DNA of 44,737 nucleotides from Alphaproteobacteria bacterium (GTDB lineage Bacteria > Pseudomonadota > Alphaproteobacteria > Micavibrionales > UBA2020), in assembly GCA_027483355.1 (NCBI GenBank), contig JAIXUW010000355.1, positions 1-44,737 on the forward strand. The letters are read 5' to 3'. Each line of letters begins with the position of its first letter. Position 1 is the stretch's first letter. Position numbers and translations under genes: made by a program. The notes under the pieces were generated by a model, which saw only the letters and a list, made by a program, of their open reading frames with translations, was not told the DNA's origin and ran no database searches. Below are positions 7,197 through 16,790 of the stretch, piece by piece.

Positions 7197-10100
7197 TTAA
7201 GTTTTCCCGTATCCCTTGGCGAGATAATCGAAGGTTCTTGAAACGCCTGCGCCCGCACTATTGAAGAAGCGGATGTCAAAACCTGCTGGTGTGCGGCCTG
7301 TGATGAGAAAATAGTCTCCGGTCTCCATATCGCTGGAGGTCACGCCGATGACAGGCGTTTCCTTGAAGGCATGGATGAAGCCGACCTCCGATCCCAAAGG
7401 GATCGACACAAGGTTTCGTTTCGCATCCGTCCTATCCGGCATATCGATCTGGACGGAAAGCGCCGACACCATCGGGGATACACCCGATTGAAAGCTGGTC
7501 AGCAGAATGCGGCATTCAAAAGCGCGGGCGGTGTAATCCCCGACCACGAAATTCATCCAGTTGCTCCATGTGGGATCGTCCGTAGGATCGTCATTCGTGG
7601 TGCGGACTTGCAGCTGGACGCTGTAAGATGCCGGATCGGCGCTCTGGTCGAAATCCTCCATCACATCGACATTGATGACTTGATCGAAGTTTTGTTGCAA
7701 ATCTACGCCGTCAACGGCGATAGTGGCCGTGAGCTTCGAGGTATACACATCGCCAAGATCAAAGGCGTCCTGGAATTGATAAATGCCCGATGACAGGATG
7801 CCGTTTACGCCGAAGTCTATGTTGTCGGCGGCGTCGATATCCTCCAACTCATCGAACAAATCCGCGCTATCAAGACGTAAGATGCCCGCATCCCCAGCCG
7901 TTCCTTCATGCGTTCCCAGATAATCGGGGTAATCGCTCAAGGTCGTAATGGCATTAAAGCCTTCAACATCCGCGATGGTGGAAACCACCCGCGCTTCGTT
8001 GACGCTTTCCCTGCCGCCAAAGTCGAGGGCTTTGATAAGGTATGTTCCGACCAACGCGGGGACAGTCGCCGAGGTCGCAGGCGCAGAGACCTTCAAGACC
8101 AGATCAACGGAGCTTGACCAGGTTGCGCCCCCAGAGGTATCGGGCGAAAACTTGATCCGGTAGTGGTTAAGGTCAATGTTGGAAACGGTATCCCATGACA
8201 GGTGCGCCGTCTGGCCGTTGATATTGACCTGAAACCCGCTTACATCCGAAGGTGGCTCGGTCGCACCCACGACGTTCTGGTTGGTAATAATGGTCTGTGG
8301 TGACGCCATGCCATTGGCGTTCTTATAGACAAGGCCGATATCGTAATATTCAAAAGCCTCGACATCGATGACCCTGATCTGGTTTCCAGCCTGAAGGAAG
8401 CTGGCCGTCCTGAAGTCGGTTTCCCCCGTGGCGCGGATTTGCACATCCGTAAACAGCGTGGCGGAATAAGCCGGAGCCGCCAATGTCATGGTGATGGTCG
8501 CAGAGAACGATCCATCGGGGTTGCGGATCAAGGCTTCTTCGCCCGTCTGTACGCTCACGACAACGGGCGCTGGCGGACGTTTAAGGTCAGCCGGAACGGT
8601 GACATGGCTTTCGTAGGACGGGATCACTCCCGTATCCGCCGTATGCACAGCGGGCGCAGCATCGACGCAGGTAACCCGTGCCGTCAGATCAGATTGCGGC
8701 TCGATGCTCTTGACGATGCATTCTATGCTTTCCTTGCCAGTTTCACCAAAAAGGACAAGGTCGCCCACGCCAGGCGCCTCCGCCAACAGCAATATTTCTG
8801 TGAGCGTCAGCGTTTTTGTATCGCCAGCGACGGCATTGATAGCGCAAACCAGGCTTGTGCCATTCGCTTTTCGGATGCGGGCGGCATAGTTTTTGCCGTC
8901 TTCCATTGTGAAAGTATCGTCAACGGTAATGGCGGTAATATTGTCGCCGTCATCGACAAGAGTTTTAATACGGGCAGAACCAAGGCCGACCAGCAGAACG
9001 TCATGGGTCAGCCGGATCAGGTCGCCCCGTGTGCAGACGACATGCTCGATGTCTGTATTAAAACTGAAGGTCTCCGGTCGCAGGCGCGCCGTGGCGATAT
9101 GGTAGCGTCCATCCTTCCAGGCCTGTGCCGGATCGGTGATGCCGACCAGATCAAGTCCTTCAAATTTTGTGGCATTGGCGGCGGTATAGCCATCGTCGTA
9201 GACAATCCGCTCATCTGCCTGCCAGTCATTGTTGCGGTTAACAAACTTGACACGAAACCCGTGCGGCAGTTCGGGAAAGGCTTTCTGCGATTGAAAGCCG
9301 AAGCTATTGCGCGGCGTAAAATGCTGCGCCGGAACATTTTGCGGTTTGTCCTGCACCACACGCCACTTGCCGTCGATAACGGCAGGGCTGGCTCTGCCTG
9401 CGGCGGCGATATTGGTCAGAAGGTCATGGACACTCAGCTGGCTATCGACGACATAATTGAATTCACGCCCCGACACGACGCAATCGGTATGCCATTCCTG
9501 TATGGCGGGTAGATCAAGGCGGTTGTCGTCCAGCGCACGAGCATTGGCTTTCCCTTGCAAAACCTCGCGGTAAATGGATGCAGGGTTGGCAGTCTCGCGT
9601 ACGACCCAGCTTGAGCCGTTCCAGTCATGTAGGATGGAGCTGACAATGCCGCTAAATTGGTCGACCACGCCATTGAGCTGGTCGGTTGCCTTGATCCGCA
9701 AGACCGTGACGGCAAGGCCTTTCAATTTGACAGGGTTGTCGTTGCGGATAGAGCGAAGCGCCGTCCAGATCACCTCATCGATAACGCTGTCGCTGGTGCT
9801 ATCTTCGGTGATACGGCGCACCCGCACGTCGTATTGCCCGCGTGCGACTTTGAAGCGAAGCCCCTTGCGGACAGCCGCGCTCTGCTTTGCCGTGACGCTG
9901 ATATTATCCGTGCCGACCCATGCGCCAGAGCCTGTAGGTGCGTATTGGACTTCGAGATCAACGATCTGGTTGGTTTTCTTGCCGTTGCTGCCGTATTTGG
10001 CGAGGCCGCGTGGAAAGGTCACATCGACGCTGATCTCGTCCACATTGTCTTCCGTTGTCCGTACTTGCCAGCTTGCTTCGGCAGTGAGCGTGATAGAAAG

Positions 10101-10904
10101 ATCGTTCTGGTTGATCTGTTTCGTAAACAGCGTCAGCGGGGCATCGTCGTCATAGCCCTGGCGGGTTTCGATTTCGACATCGCTGAATTCGCTGATGCTG
10201 GTGTCGCCGATCCGCAGGTCGCTGATAGCCAGTGGGCCATAGCCCCAGACGAACAGCATACGGACGTATTGATCGTTGCCGACAATCTCGGTGAACGGCA
10301 ATGCCCCGTATGGCGGCATCATCCGGTGCTTGCCCAGTGGGCGCGGGATGGCGTTGAAGCGGAGAACCTGGTTTTTGCCGCCGCTGATAAACTGCGTCGG
10401 TTTTTCTCTAATGCTGGCGATGCTTCCAGCGCCCTTTTGCTTGGAGGGCGGAGCTATGGCGTTGATGGCCAATCGCCCCACAACGGAGACAATTCCCGTA
10501 GCTATGGAAAGACCGCTGAGGCCGCCGACCGACCACGAGATCAACCCCGCAGACGTTGCCGTCGCAAGTCCTGTCGCGGTCGCCAGCGAGGCTCCGAGGG
10601 CTGGGGCGGCAACGATAAGGGCGAGAGATAAAACCGTCGCAATAGGGTTTTTTCCGCCGCCTTTGCCAGGGACGACACGGATGGTGACGACCGTGCCTGT
10701 CTTGGGGCGGACCGCCAGCCACATATTTTGCGGAATATAATCCCCGTTGACGAAGACGTGAGCGAAACGGACAGAAACACGCGGGATCGCAAAGAGTACG
10801 ATCTCGGCGACCGTCCAGCCAAGGGGGATTTGCTCCTTGACGTTGCGGACACGAAACGGCTCAGGACAAGCCGTCAGCCAGACTGTCTGTGGGGCGTTCT
10901 CCAT
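7197..10904 (-). CDS. Host-specificity / central tail fibre protein (gpJ-like) with N-terminal gpI-like tail assembly domain
   Basis: 1235 aa. The N-terminal ~130 aa resemble lambda gpI (VTIRVVPGKGGGKNPIATVLSLALIVAA plus a Gly/Ala-rich membrane-like stretch). The central region is J-like. An FN3-like segment reads PPSDVSGFQVNINGQTAHLSWD...YRIKF. Confidence 0.8.
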   Translation of the reverse strand: MENAPQTVWLTACPEPFRVRNVKEQIPLGWTVAEIVLFAIPRVSVRFAHVFVNGDYIPQNMWLAVRPKTGTVVTIRVVPGKGGGKNPIATVLSLALIVAAPALGASLATATGLATATSAGLISWSVGGLSGLSIATGIVSVVGRLAINAIAPPSKQKGAGSIASIREKPTQFISGGKNQVLRFNAIPRPLGKHRMMPPYGALPFTEIVGNDQYVRMLFVWGYGPLAISDLRIGDTSISEFSDVEIETRQGYDDDAPLTLFTKQINQNDLSITLTAEASWQVRTTEDNVDEISVDVTFPRGLAKYGSNGKKTNQIVDLEVQYAPTGSGAWVGTDNISVTAKQSAAVRKGLRFKVARGQYDVRVRRITEDSTSDSVIDEVIWTALRSIRNDNPVKLKGLAVTVLRIKATDQLNGVVDQFSGIVSSILHDWNGSSWVVRETANPASIYREVLQGKANARALDDNRLDLPAIQEWHTDCVVSGREFNYVVDSQLSVHDLLTNIAAAGRASPAVIDGKWRVVQDKPQNVPAQHFTPRNSFGFQSQKAFPELPHGFRVKFVNRNNDWQADERIVYDDGYTAANATKFEGLDLVGITDPAQAWKDGRYHIATARLRPETFSFNTDIEHVVCTRGDLIRLTHDVLLVGLGSARIKTLVDDGDNITAITVDDTFTMEDGKNYAARIRKANGTSLVCAINAVAGDTKTLTLTEILLLAEAPGVGDLVLFGETGKESIECIVKSIEPQSDLTARVTCVDAAPAVHTADTGVIPSYESHVTVPADLKRPPAPVVVSVQTGEEALIRNPDGSFSATITMTLAAPAYSATLFTDVQIRATGETDFRTASFLQAGNQIRVIDVEAFEYYDIGLVYKNANGMASPQTIITNQNVVGATEPPSDVSGFQVNINGQTAHLSWDTVSNIDLNHYRIKFSPDTSGGATWSSSVDLVLKVSAPATSATVPALVGTYLIKALDFGGRESVNEARVVSTIADVEGFNAITTLSDYPDYLGTHEGTAGDAGILRLDSADLFDELEDIDAADNIDFGVNGILSSGIYQFQDAFDLGDVYTSKLTATIAVDGVDLQQNFDQVINVDVMEDFDQSADPASYSVQLQVRTTNDDPTDDPTWSNWMNFVVGDYTARAFECRILLTSFQSGVSPMVSALSVQIDMPDRTDAKRNLVSIPLGSEVGFIHAFKETPVIGVTSSDMETGDYFLITGRTPAGFDIRFFNSAGAGVSRTFDYLAKGYGKT

Positions 10905-11301
10905 AGCGATAAAATCCTGTGACCCTTAAAGCCCAGCGGGCAGATGCGTAACTGTCGAGGACGCTGCCAATGCCGACCTCGGCATGGAGCATTCGGCCTT
11001 TCTCGATGACGAGGCCGACATGGATGGGTTGCCCGCGCATTCGCAGCACAACCACATCGCCGAAAACTTCTTCGCCATGCTCGATAGGAATCCAATGTCG
11101 CCGTTCTTCGGCGATAAGCGGTGCTAACTGGTCTTCCCGTGTAGTGCTGTCGTAGTAAGTGGAATACGATGGTAGGACGATGCTAAATTGTTCCGCCATG
11201 ACCAGCCGCACCAGCCCCCAACAATCCACGCCCATGCGGTCACGGCCATGCTCTTTGAAAGGCAAGCCAATGTAATGACCGACCCAGATTGGGATGGACA
11301 T
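10861..11301 (-). CDS. NlpC/P60-family tail peptidase (gpK-like)
   Basis: The catalytic Cys context is GVDCWGLV and the His context is PIHVGLV. Its position between the gpL-like and J-like genes fits gpK. Confidence 0.8.
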   Translation of the reverse strand: MSIPIWVGHYIGLPFKEHGRDRMGVDCWGLVRLVMAEQFSIVLPSYSTYYDSTTREDQLAPLIAEERRHWIPIEHGEEVFGDVVVLRMRGQPIHVGLVIEKGRMLHAEVGIGSVLDSYASARWALRVTGFYRYGERPTDSLADGLS

Positions 11302-11360
11302 GATTTTGCCTTTCCAGAGAGTATTTAAGTGGGGTATATTTCAGAAAAATGGAGCGTAAA

Positions 11361-11915
11361 ATGGCTGACTTTCTTGATATCTTGGGACAGATTCCTGAAT
11401 GGTTCGGTAGCGCAGTTACAGCTGCGCTAGGATGGTTCAGCCATGTCGGCTACACAGCTTGGCAAAAAAGCAGACTTCCTTTTAAGGAAGATAAAAAAAG
11501 ATTCGAGCTTACTATTGAGGCAGTAAATACAAAGAGCCTCTATTACTTCAATAGCTGGGACCCAAGCGCTATTCCGCAGCACGTCTTTGACGGTCTTTTT
11601 GACACGGAATATAAGTTAACCCCACAGGCGAGACCCGTAGCATTTTTAAACAAAAAGTTAAAAGAAAAAGAGGAAACGTTTATCAATGCGCTACAGCACT
11701 TCAACAGCTATATATCGACACACACGTTCAAACACAGGAATAATTCACAGGTTTCTACAATCTATGTTGATAATTTTGATGAATGGAATGATGAGCACCA
11801 AAGAAAAGCTCAAGAAATTATTGATGAAATCGTAAGGCTTAAAAGTGCTGCTATATCTAGCTTTGAAGAATATAGGGATTTCGGCAATAAGATGTTTGCC
11901 GAAAAAGTCTCCTAA
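11361..11915 (+). CDS. Opposite-strand AT-rich accessory gene (moron); membrane-anchored protein of unknown function
   Basis: The ORF track start is 11349. ATG at 11361 has GGAG 6 nt upstream. An N-terminal hydrophobic helix reads FGSAVTAALGWFSHVGYTAW. GC is much lower than in the neighbours. It is the only plus-strand gene in the tail module. Confidence 0.6.
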   Translation: MADFLDILGQIPEWFGSAVTAALGWFSHVGYTAWQKSRLPFKEDKKRFELTIEAVNTKSLYYFNSWDPSAIPQHVFDGLFDTEYKLTPQARPVAFLNKKLKEKEETFINALQHFNSYISTHTFKHRNNSQVSTIYVDNFDEWNDEHQRKAQEIIDEIVRLKSAAISSFEEYRDFGNKMFAEKVS

Positions 11916-12385
11916 AATAGACCAGGAAAATCCGCAGGCGAGAACACCCGTGCCGGATAAGGCTCCCCAATAAATTCTTCCAGGGTCAAATCCCCCTCGA
12001 CCGTAAGCTGGTCGTAGGTGATGTTCGACAGGCGAAAATCGAGAAATTCAGCCTCCACCACATCCGGCGTTTCTGCCATGACGATGCGGATGGTAACACG
12101 GGGCGCGGAGCTGATCGTGCGGATAGCCAGCACGATCTCGCGGCTGATATTGTCGATCCGTAATTTGGCGCGCGGTGGTCGGTCATCCACATCATCGGGC
12201 AGGATCACCTCGAAAGGAAACGCCACGTAAGTATCGCCATTATGTACTATACTGGCACCACTACTGTTGACGCGGATTGCTTCCTCCAGATCGGCGTGGT
12301 CCATGGTGATCAGAACCACAAATTCATGCTCGGTTCCCTGCGCGTAAACAGCTTGTTTAAGCTCCGCGCTGACGTTACGGGTCAT
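11912..12385 (-). CDS. Minor tail protein (gpL-like, DUF1833-like)
   Basis: 157 aa between the gpM-like and gpK-like genes, with an ATGA overlap with the upstream gene. The sequence pattern is typical of DUF1833 phage proteins, recognised from memory only. Confidence 0.6.
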   Translation of the reverse strand: MTRNVSAELKQAVYAQGTEHEFVVLITMDHADLEEAIRVNSSGASIVHNGDTYVAFPFEVILPDDVDDRPPRAKLRIDNISREIVLAIRTISSAPRVTIRIVMAETPDVVEAEFLDFRLSNITYDQLTVEGDLTLEEFIGEPYPARVFSPADFPGLF

Positions 12386-12732
12386 GGTTGCACCTCAAAT
12401 TTCAGAACGACGCGCCAGCGGCCTGGGCCGAAATACTGGCGTTGCGGTGGTGCGCCGAAGACAACGGTGATCGTCCCGCTGTCCGCACCTGGCGTGGGCA
12501 GGTCAAAAGGCAGGGTTTCCTTGACGGTTTCTTGAAAGAAAGTGACCAAATCATCCCATTCCGCCGTCGTCATCACCATCGATCCTGTCATGGTGCGGAT
12601 ATTGGCAGTGGTTTTACGGCGGCGTTTGGGCGGCCCTGCGTCCATCGCCGTTGCGATGACGTTATCAGGCAAAGTATCGCTAAAATCCGAAGCTGCAAGC
12701 CGCTGCGGAAGAGTTAAAGGCCAGGTGAACAT
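12382..12732 (-). CDS. Minor tail protein (gpM-like)
   Basis: 116 aa, directly after the tape measure gene. The SD is GAGGTAA. Confidence 0.55.
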   Translation of the reverse strand: MFTWPLTLPQRLAASDFSDTLPDNVIATAMDAGPPKRRRKTTANIRTMTGSMVMTTAEWDDLVTFFQETVKETLPFDLPTPGADSGTITVVFGAPPQRQYFGPGRWRVVLKFEVQP

Positions 12733-12735
12733 AGA

Positions 12736-15141
12736 TTACCTCGATGCAAGTCCGCCAAAACGTGCCAGTGCCCGCGATGAGCGAGAGCCAGGATCGCTCA
12801 AAAGCTGGGCGTTCATCTCGTCCAGCTGGATGATCAGGTCGCGCCCGCCCGAAGCGTTGGATTTCTGCTGAACGGTCGCTTTTGCGCTCGTATTATTGTT
12901 GATCGTAACGTTAACTGTACCGCTTCCAGACATGGTGACAGGGATCGTGCGCCCGTCCGGTAACGGCACGTAGGCTTCGGGCTTGCGACCTTCGCCGAAC
13001 ATTGCGATTTGCGGAGAATTGGCGATACCGCCATTCGCGTACCGATGCAGGGGCAAAGCGCCCGCCGATGTCATGACTCCGCCTTGTTCAAAAGGAAGCA
13101 GGCCTGTGATAAACGATGAAAAACCACCGCTTTGCAGACTATTGAATAAAGGTTCTGTGATCGATTTCCGCACGGTCATGCGGAGGATATCGTCCATGAT
13201 CGAATTGAACAGGTCGCCCAGGGATTTCAGGCTGCGTCCGCCGGATTTAACGAATTCGACAATCGCATCCTCCGCACCGTTCATGGCGTTGGTGAAAAGT
13301 TTTTCGATATCCTTGGCTGTATCCTCCGCCTGTTCACGGTAGGCGCGAAATGCACGAAGCGCGCCGGCCTCCGCATCCTTGCGGGCGGCAAGGCTTTCTT
13401 GTTCGGCCTTGGCGACAGCGCGGTTATAGGTGTCCTGACTGATCGCGCCTGCATCAAGCAGTCCGTTCAAGCGTAAGATTTCTGAGGCATAAGCCTCCGT
13501 AGCGGAAAGCGTCGATTTGGTAACTTGTTCGCCATCGCTTTGCAGTTTGGAAAGGCTTTTTTGCGCCTCTCCATGATCGTAGAGCGCGGCGGCAAGACGA
13601 GTGACTTCATTCTGTTGATCTTGGGTTGCGCCATCTGACAGCCGAGACACGGCGTTTTGAATAAATGCCGCCCGTTTGTCTGCCAGAGCGCCGATCTGGT
13701 TGCCAAGATCGTTGACAACTTTTTGATTGGCTTGTGCGACGCGCTTTGCCGCCTCTAGCGAAGGCTTTTCGATAGCGGCGATTTTACGTTGGGCGATGGT
13801 TTCCGCTTCACGAATGGCCGCATCGACCGATCCCGTGTTGCTGCCGTCCTTTTCGCGCAGAGCATCCAGGCGCTGTTTCGTAACCGCCAGCTCCTTATTG
13901 ACCTTGGCGATCCGCTCGGAGGGCTCGGTCAGCAGACTATCAAGTGTGTCGTCCAGCGCCTTTCTTTGCTGGGAAAGCTGTTCGCTTCGAAAATCGCGCG
14001 CAGCCTGTTCTTGCCCCGCGATGGCGGCTGCTTTTTCATCCGCGATCTTTTTTGTTTGCTCCTTGGCTTCCTGTAGGATGCGGTCAAGATCGGCCTGCAA
14101 CCGTGCCACGCGCCGCTCATGGAGCTGGATGACCGAAAAACTGGCGTCACCATCCCTAAAGCGTTGCAAGACATCCTGCGCCTGCAGGAGCTTTTCTTGC
14201 GCCTTGAATATCTTTTCGCCTGTTGTGTCGTCTTTCAACAGGCCATTCAGCCCTTCAATGACCGTTGCAAGGCCGGATAGCGAGCTTTTGGCAGCGGTGC
14301 TGACCGTTTCCGTCTGGGCAATCCCTTTCAAAAGGTTGCCCCAGGCATCGGAAAGACGGTTTGTCGCTCCAGCAAGACCGCTGGTTTCAGCCCTGCCGGA
14401 ACCGCCAATTTTTTTCTCTAGCGCATCGAGGATCATCCTCTGCGCTTCGGCCTGCCGTCCGGTTTCGACCAGGGTCTGGATGGTATCGCGCTGGCTCTCG
14501 GTCAACAGGCGATAACTTTTTTGCAATCCGCCGAGGCCGTTGATCGGGTCTTCGAGGGCTTTGCCCAGCGCGGCAACATTGGATTTCAGGTCGCCACCGA
14601 ATGTCGCCGACATATCTTGCGCCAGCGTCAATGTGCGGGTAAAAGTATCGCCCGCGACGGTGCGGAAGGTCGCCAGCACGGTTGCGGCATCTTGCACCTG
14701 TTCGGCGGTCGCTAGCGTTGCTTTTTCAATTCCCTCAGCCGTGGCCACAATTTCGTTTGCGGTCAGGCCGGAGGAATTGCCCGTTGCGCGCAATACGGCT
14801 TCCAGGCGCATGAAAGACTGTTCCGCCTGCGCGGCGGCTTCGATACCCTTCAATAAACCCAGCGCGACAGCCGACAAAGCCACACCCGCCGCCAGACCAT
14901 ACGGACCTATGGCCGAAAGCGCAGACCCTAGTGGCCCCAGCTGTCCGGTCATGTTCAGCGCAGAGCCTTTGACATCGTTGGCGGCGGCGCTGATGGCCAG
15001 AAGCGCCTTTGAAGTGGGCTTGCCCGCCAATTCGATGCGCTTGAGGGACTTTTCACCAGTCTCCCCAATTTCACGCAGTTCGGCTTTGACCTTTCCCCCA
15101 TCGAGGACGGTCAGTCGGATGGCAAGATTGCGCTCTGTCAT
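12736..15141 (-). CDS. Tail tape measure protein
   Basis: 801 aa. It is Ala/Gln/Glu/Leu-rich and coiled-coil-like, with a Gly-rich hydrophobic stretch. It lies downstream of the G/GT chaperones. Confidence 0.9.
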   Translation of the reverse strand: MTERNLAIRLTVLDGGKVKAELREIGETGEKSLKRIELAGKPTSKALLAISAAANDVKGSALNMTGQLGPLGSALSAIGPYGLAAGVALSAVALGLLKGIEAAAQAEQSFMRLEAVLRATGNSSGLTANEIVATAEGIEKATLATAEQVQDAATVLATFRTVAGDTFTRTLTLAQDMSATFGGDLKSNVAALGKALEDPINGLGGLQKSYRLLTESQRDTIQTLVETGRQAEAQRMILDALEKKIGGSGRAETSGLAGATNRLSDAWGNLLKGIAQTETVSTAAKSSLSGLATVIEGLNGLLKDDTTGEKIFKAQEKLLQAQDVLQRFRDGDASFSVIQLHERRVARLQADLDRILQEAKEQTKKIADEKAAAIAGQEQAARDFRSEQLSQQRKALDDTLDSLLTEPSERIAKVNKELAVTKQRLDALREKDGSNTGSVDAAIREAETIAQRKIAAIEKPSLEAAKRVAQANQKVVNDLGNQIGALADKRAAFIQNAVSRLSDGATQDQQNEVTRLAAALYDHGEAQKSLSKLQSDGEQVTKSTLSATEAYASEILRLNGLLDAGAISQDTYNRAVAKAEQESLAARKDAEAGALRAFRAYREQAEDTAKDIEKLFTNAMNGAEDAIVEFVKSGGRSLKSLGDLFNSIMDDILRMTVRKSITEPLFNSLQSGGFSSFITGLLPFEQGGVMTSAGALPLHRYANGGIANSPQIAMFGEGRKPEAYVPLPDGRTIPVTMSGSGTVNVTINNNTSAKATVQQKSNASGGRDLIIQLDEMNAQLLSDPGSRSSRALARFGGLASR

Positions 15142-15799
15142 CTATTTTTCAACTCATCAGAGATTTTTTCATTGAGGGCCGCGGTCACGCCCGCGTCGCA
15201 AGCCGGAAGAAGTTCAGCCGTCCCTGTGCAGCTATAGCCCAGCGTTTCAGACATCTTCAGATAGGCCTGGAAATCCATACCCATAACGGTCGTGTTGATC
15301 ATGTGGAGCTGACTTGATGTTTTAAGGGTGACATCCCAGGCTTGCCAGCCTTCCAAAGTTTGCGGTGCGTGTTCGATGTAGGGACAGTTTTTGCAGAGAT
15401 TTTCGCAAGCATCGCAATAGTTCGGCCCGCCGCCAAAATGCCAGCGGCAACGAGCCGTCAGACGTTTTTTTCCTGTTCCAGTAGCAAGGCGGGTGCGAGG
15501 TACAAGCGCTCGAAGGCATCCGCCACGGGCCAGAGGTCAAGCAGAGCGTGGATATTGTCCGGCGTCGGCAGCAGAATGTTTCCGTCATCGTCTCCCACGC
15601 CCTCCCATTCAATAATGGCGATTTCAGCAAGGCATTTCAGAAGCGCCGTACCCCGCTGGATTGGATCTTCAGGGTTGTCTTTCAGCGCGGCAGTGCGGGC
15701 GGCCATGATGACCGCCGTCGATGCCGGACGTACGAAAAATCTGAGATTTGGAAGAATATCGAGCCAGTAGTTTTCACGTTTCAGGTTTAGGGTAATCAT
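15138..15799 (-). CDS. Tail assembly chaperone frameshift product (gpGT-like), made by -1 ribosomal frameshifting at 15464-15470
   Basis: I translated the -1 frame by hand. It is open from upstream of the slippery site down to 15138 (KKRLTARCRWHFGGGPNYCDACENLCKNCPYIEHAPQT then the tracked ORF 15138-15356). It ends with an ATGA overlap on the tape measure start. Confidence 0.75.
15458..15799 (-). CDS. Tail assembly chaperone (gpG-like)
   Basis: 113 aa located between the major tail protein and the tape measure. It ends ...EQEKNV-stop, with the slippery heptamer immediately before the stop. Confidence 0.8.
   Translation of the reverse strand: MITLNLKRENYWLDILPNLRFFVRPASTAVIMAARTAALKDNPEDPIQRGTALLKCLAEIAIIEWEGVGDDDGNILLPTPDNIHALLDLWPVADAFERLYLAPALLLEQEKNV
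15464..15470 (-). promoter_or_regulatory. -1 programmed ribosomal frameshift slippery heptamer A_AAA_AAC
   Basis: The minus strand reads GA[A AAA AAC] GTC TGA. This has the X_XXY_YYZ form in the zero frame, one codon before the gpG-like stop. Confidence 0.75.
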
Positions 15800-16740
15800 G
15801 CGTAAGTTTCCACATCGTTGTTAAGGGTGACGGTCAGCATACGGGCGGGGCTGGAAGCCTTCGCCGCTTGCCAGTCGAATGAGGCCTGAATACCGCCAGG
15901 GCCGCTGACGGCGAGTTTCGGTTTTGGTAAATAAACCTCATGCGCCGTGAAGACGAGGAAGAAATCCTCGCTGATCGTATAGGCGAACTCTAGCTCGATA
16001 GGCGTGTTGTTCGTGGCGGCGTCGATCAGCGCGGTGTCTGCAAACCGGACGTCGATGTTGCCCGTCAGCGCGGCGATGGTCGGGTCTGCGCCTTCGATCT
16101 TGCCGTCGGATCGGATGGTTTCGATCCTCTCCAGATTGTTGGTGTAGGTGAGCTGTGCGCCCGTGACGTTACCCAGAACCGATCCGTCCTTTTTGACCGA
16201 GCCTTGGAATTGGTTGAAGCGAGTCAGGCTAAGAGTTGTCAGCGTACCGCCGCCGCTACTGGAAGCGCGGGCTTCCCCTTGGGCGATGCAGTTGATGGTG
16301 GCGTTCGCAGCACCAGATCTGGAGAAACTGAGCTGAAGAGAGTTGGCGCGGATGCCCGAGCTGAGGAAATAGGCCGGAATGTCTGGCATTCCGATTTCGA
16401 GCGATAGGCTCGGCAGGGCCGCGAGACCAGAAACAAAGGTGTGAGTATAGTTAGCCCCGTCTTCCCCTGTCGTTGGTGCGCCTAAAAGGGCTTTCAGCCA
16501 GAGGCCGAAGTTTCGCAGGTCGACGGGCACGACGACGTTGCCCTCCACGCGGATTATATCGCGGATCGGGGCGGCGGGATCGCGGCCTTGCCCCAAAAGA
16601 TCGGAGGCAACCAGCCCCTGTTCCGAACCGAGGTCGGACGATACGAAGGGAAGCTGACTATAGTTTCCGCTGGGCGGTGTGCCGTAGCTGGACTCAAACT
16701 TCCCCACAAGCTGGGTATTCGCGCCGTATGCACGAGCCAT
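15796..16740 (-). CDS. Major tail (tube) protein
   Basis: 314 aa with a strong SD (AAAGGAGAGAAAT). Its position immediately upstream of the G/GT chaperones fits a major tail protein. Confidence 0.7.
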   Translation of the reverse strand: MARAYGANTQLVGKFESSYGTPPSGNYSQLPFVSSDLGSEQGLVASDLLGQGRDPAAPIRDIIRVEGNVVVPVDLRNFGLWLKALLGAPTTGEDGANYTHTFVSGLAALPSLSLEIGMPDIPAYFLSSGIRANSLQLSFSRSGAANATINCIAQGEARASSSGGGTLTTLSLTRFNQFQGSVKKDGSVLGNVTGAQLTYTNNLERIETIRSDGKIEGADPTIAALTGNIDVRFADTALIDAATNNTPIELEFAYTISEDFFLVFTAHEVYLPKPKLAVSGPGGIQASFDWQAAKASSPARMLTVTLNNDVETYA

Positions 16741-16790
16741 ATTTCTCTCCTTTTGTTAAATAAAATTCTGATTGCCACTAAAACTGGCTG

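Noticed and set aside
8439-10631. 357-aa and 324-aa plus-strand ORFs (8439-9512, 9657-10631)
   Set aside because: Both are antisense to the gpJ-like gene. They have low-complexity Arg/Asp/Gly-rich composition and no start signals, so they are shadow ORFs.
13727-15175. 262-aa and 211-aa plus-strand ORFs
   Set aside because: Both are antisense to the tape measure gene. Their Ser/Ala/Arg-rich sequence mirrors the Ala/Glu/Leu-rich coiled coil on the coding strand.
15322-15630. 102-aa minus-strand ORF as the frameshift target of the tail chaperone
   Set aside because: It lies in the +1 frame relative to gpG. The slippery heptamer A_AAA_AAC predicts a -1 shift. The -1 frame is the one that stays open down to the tape measure start.
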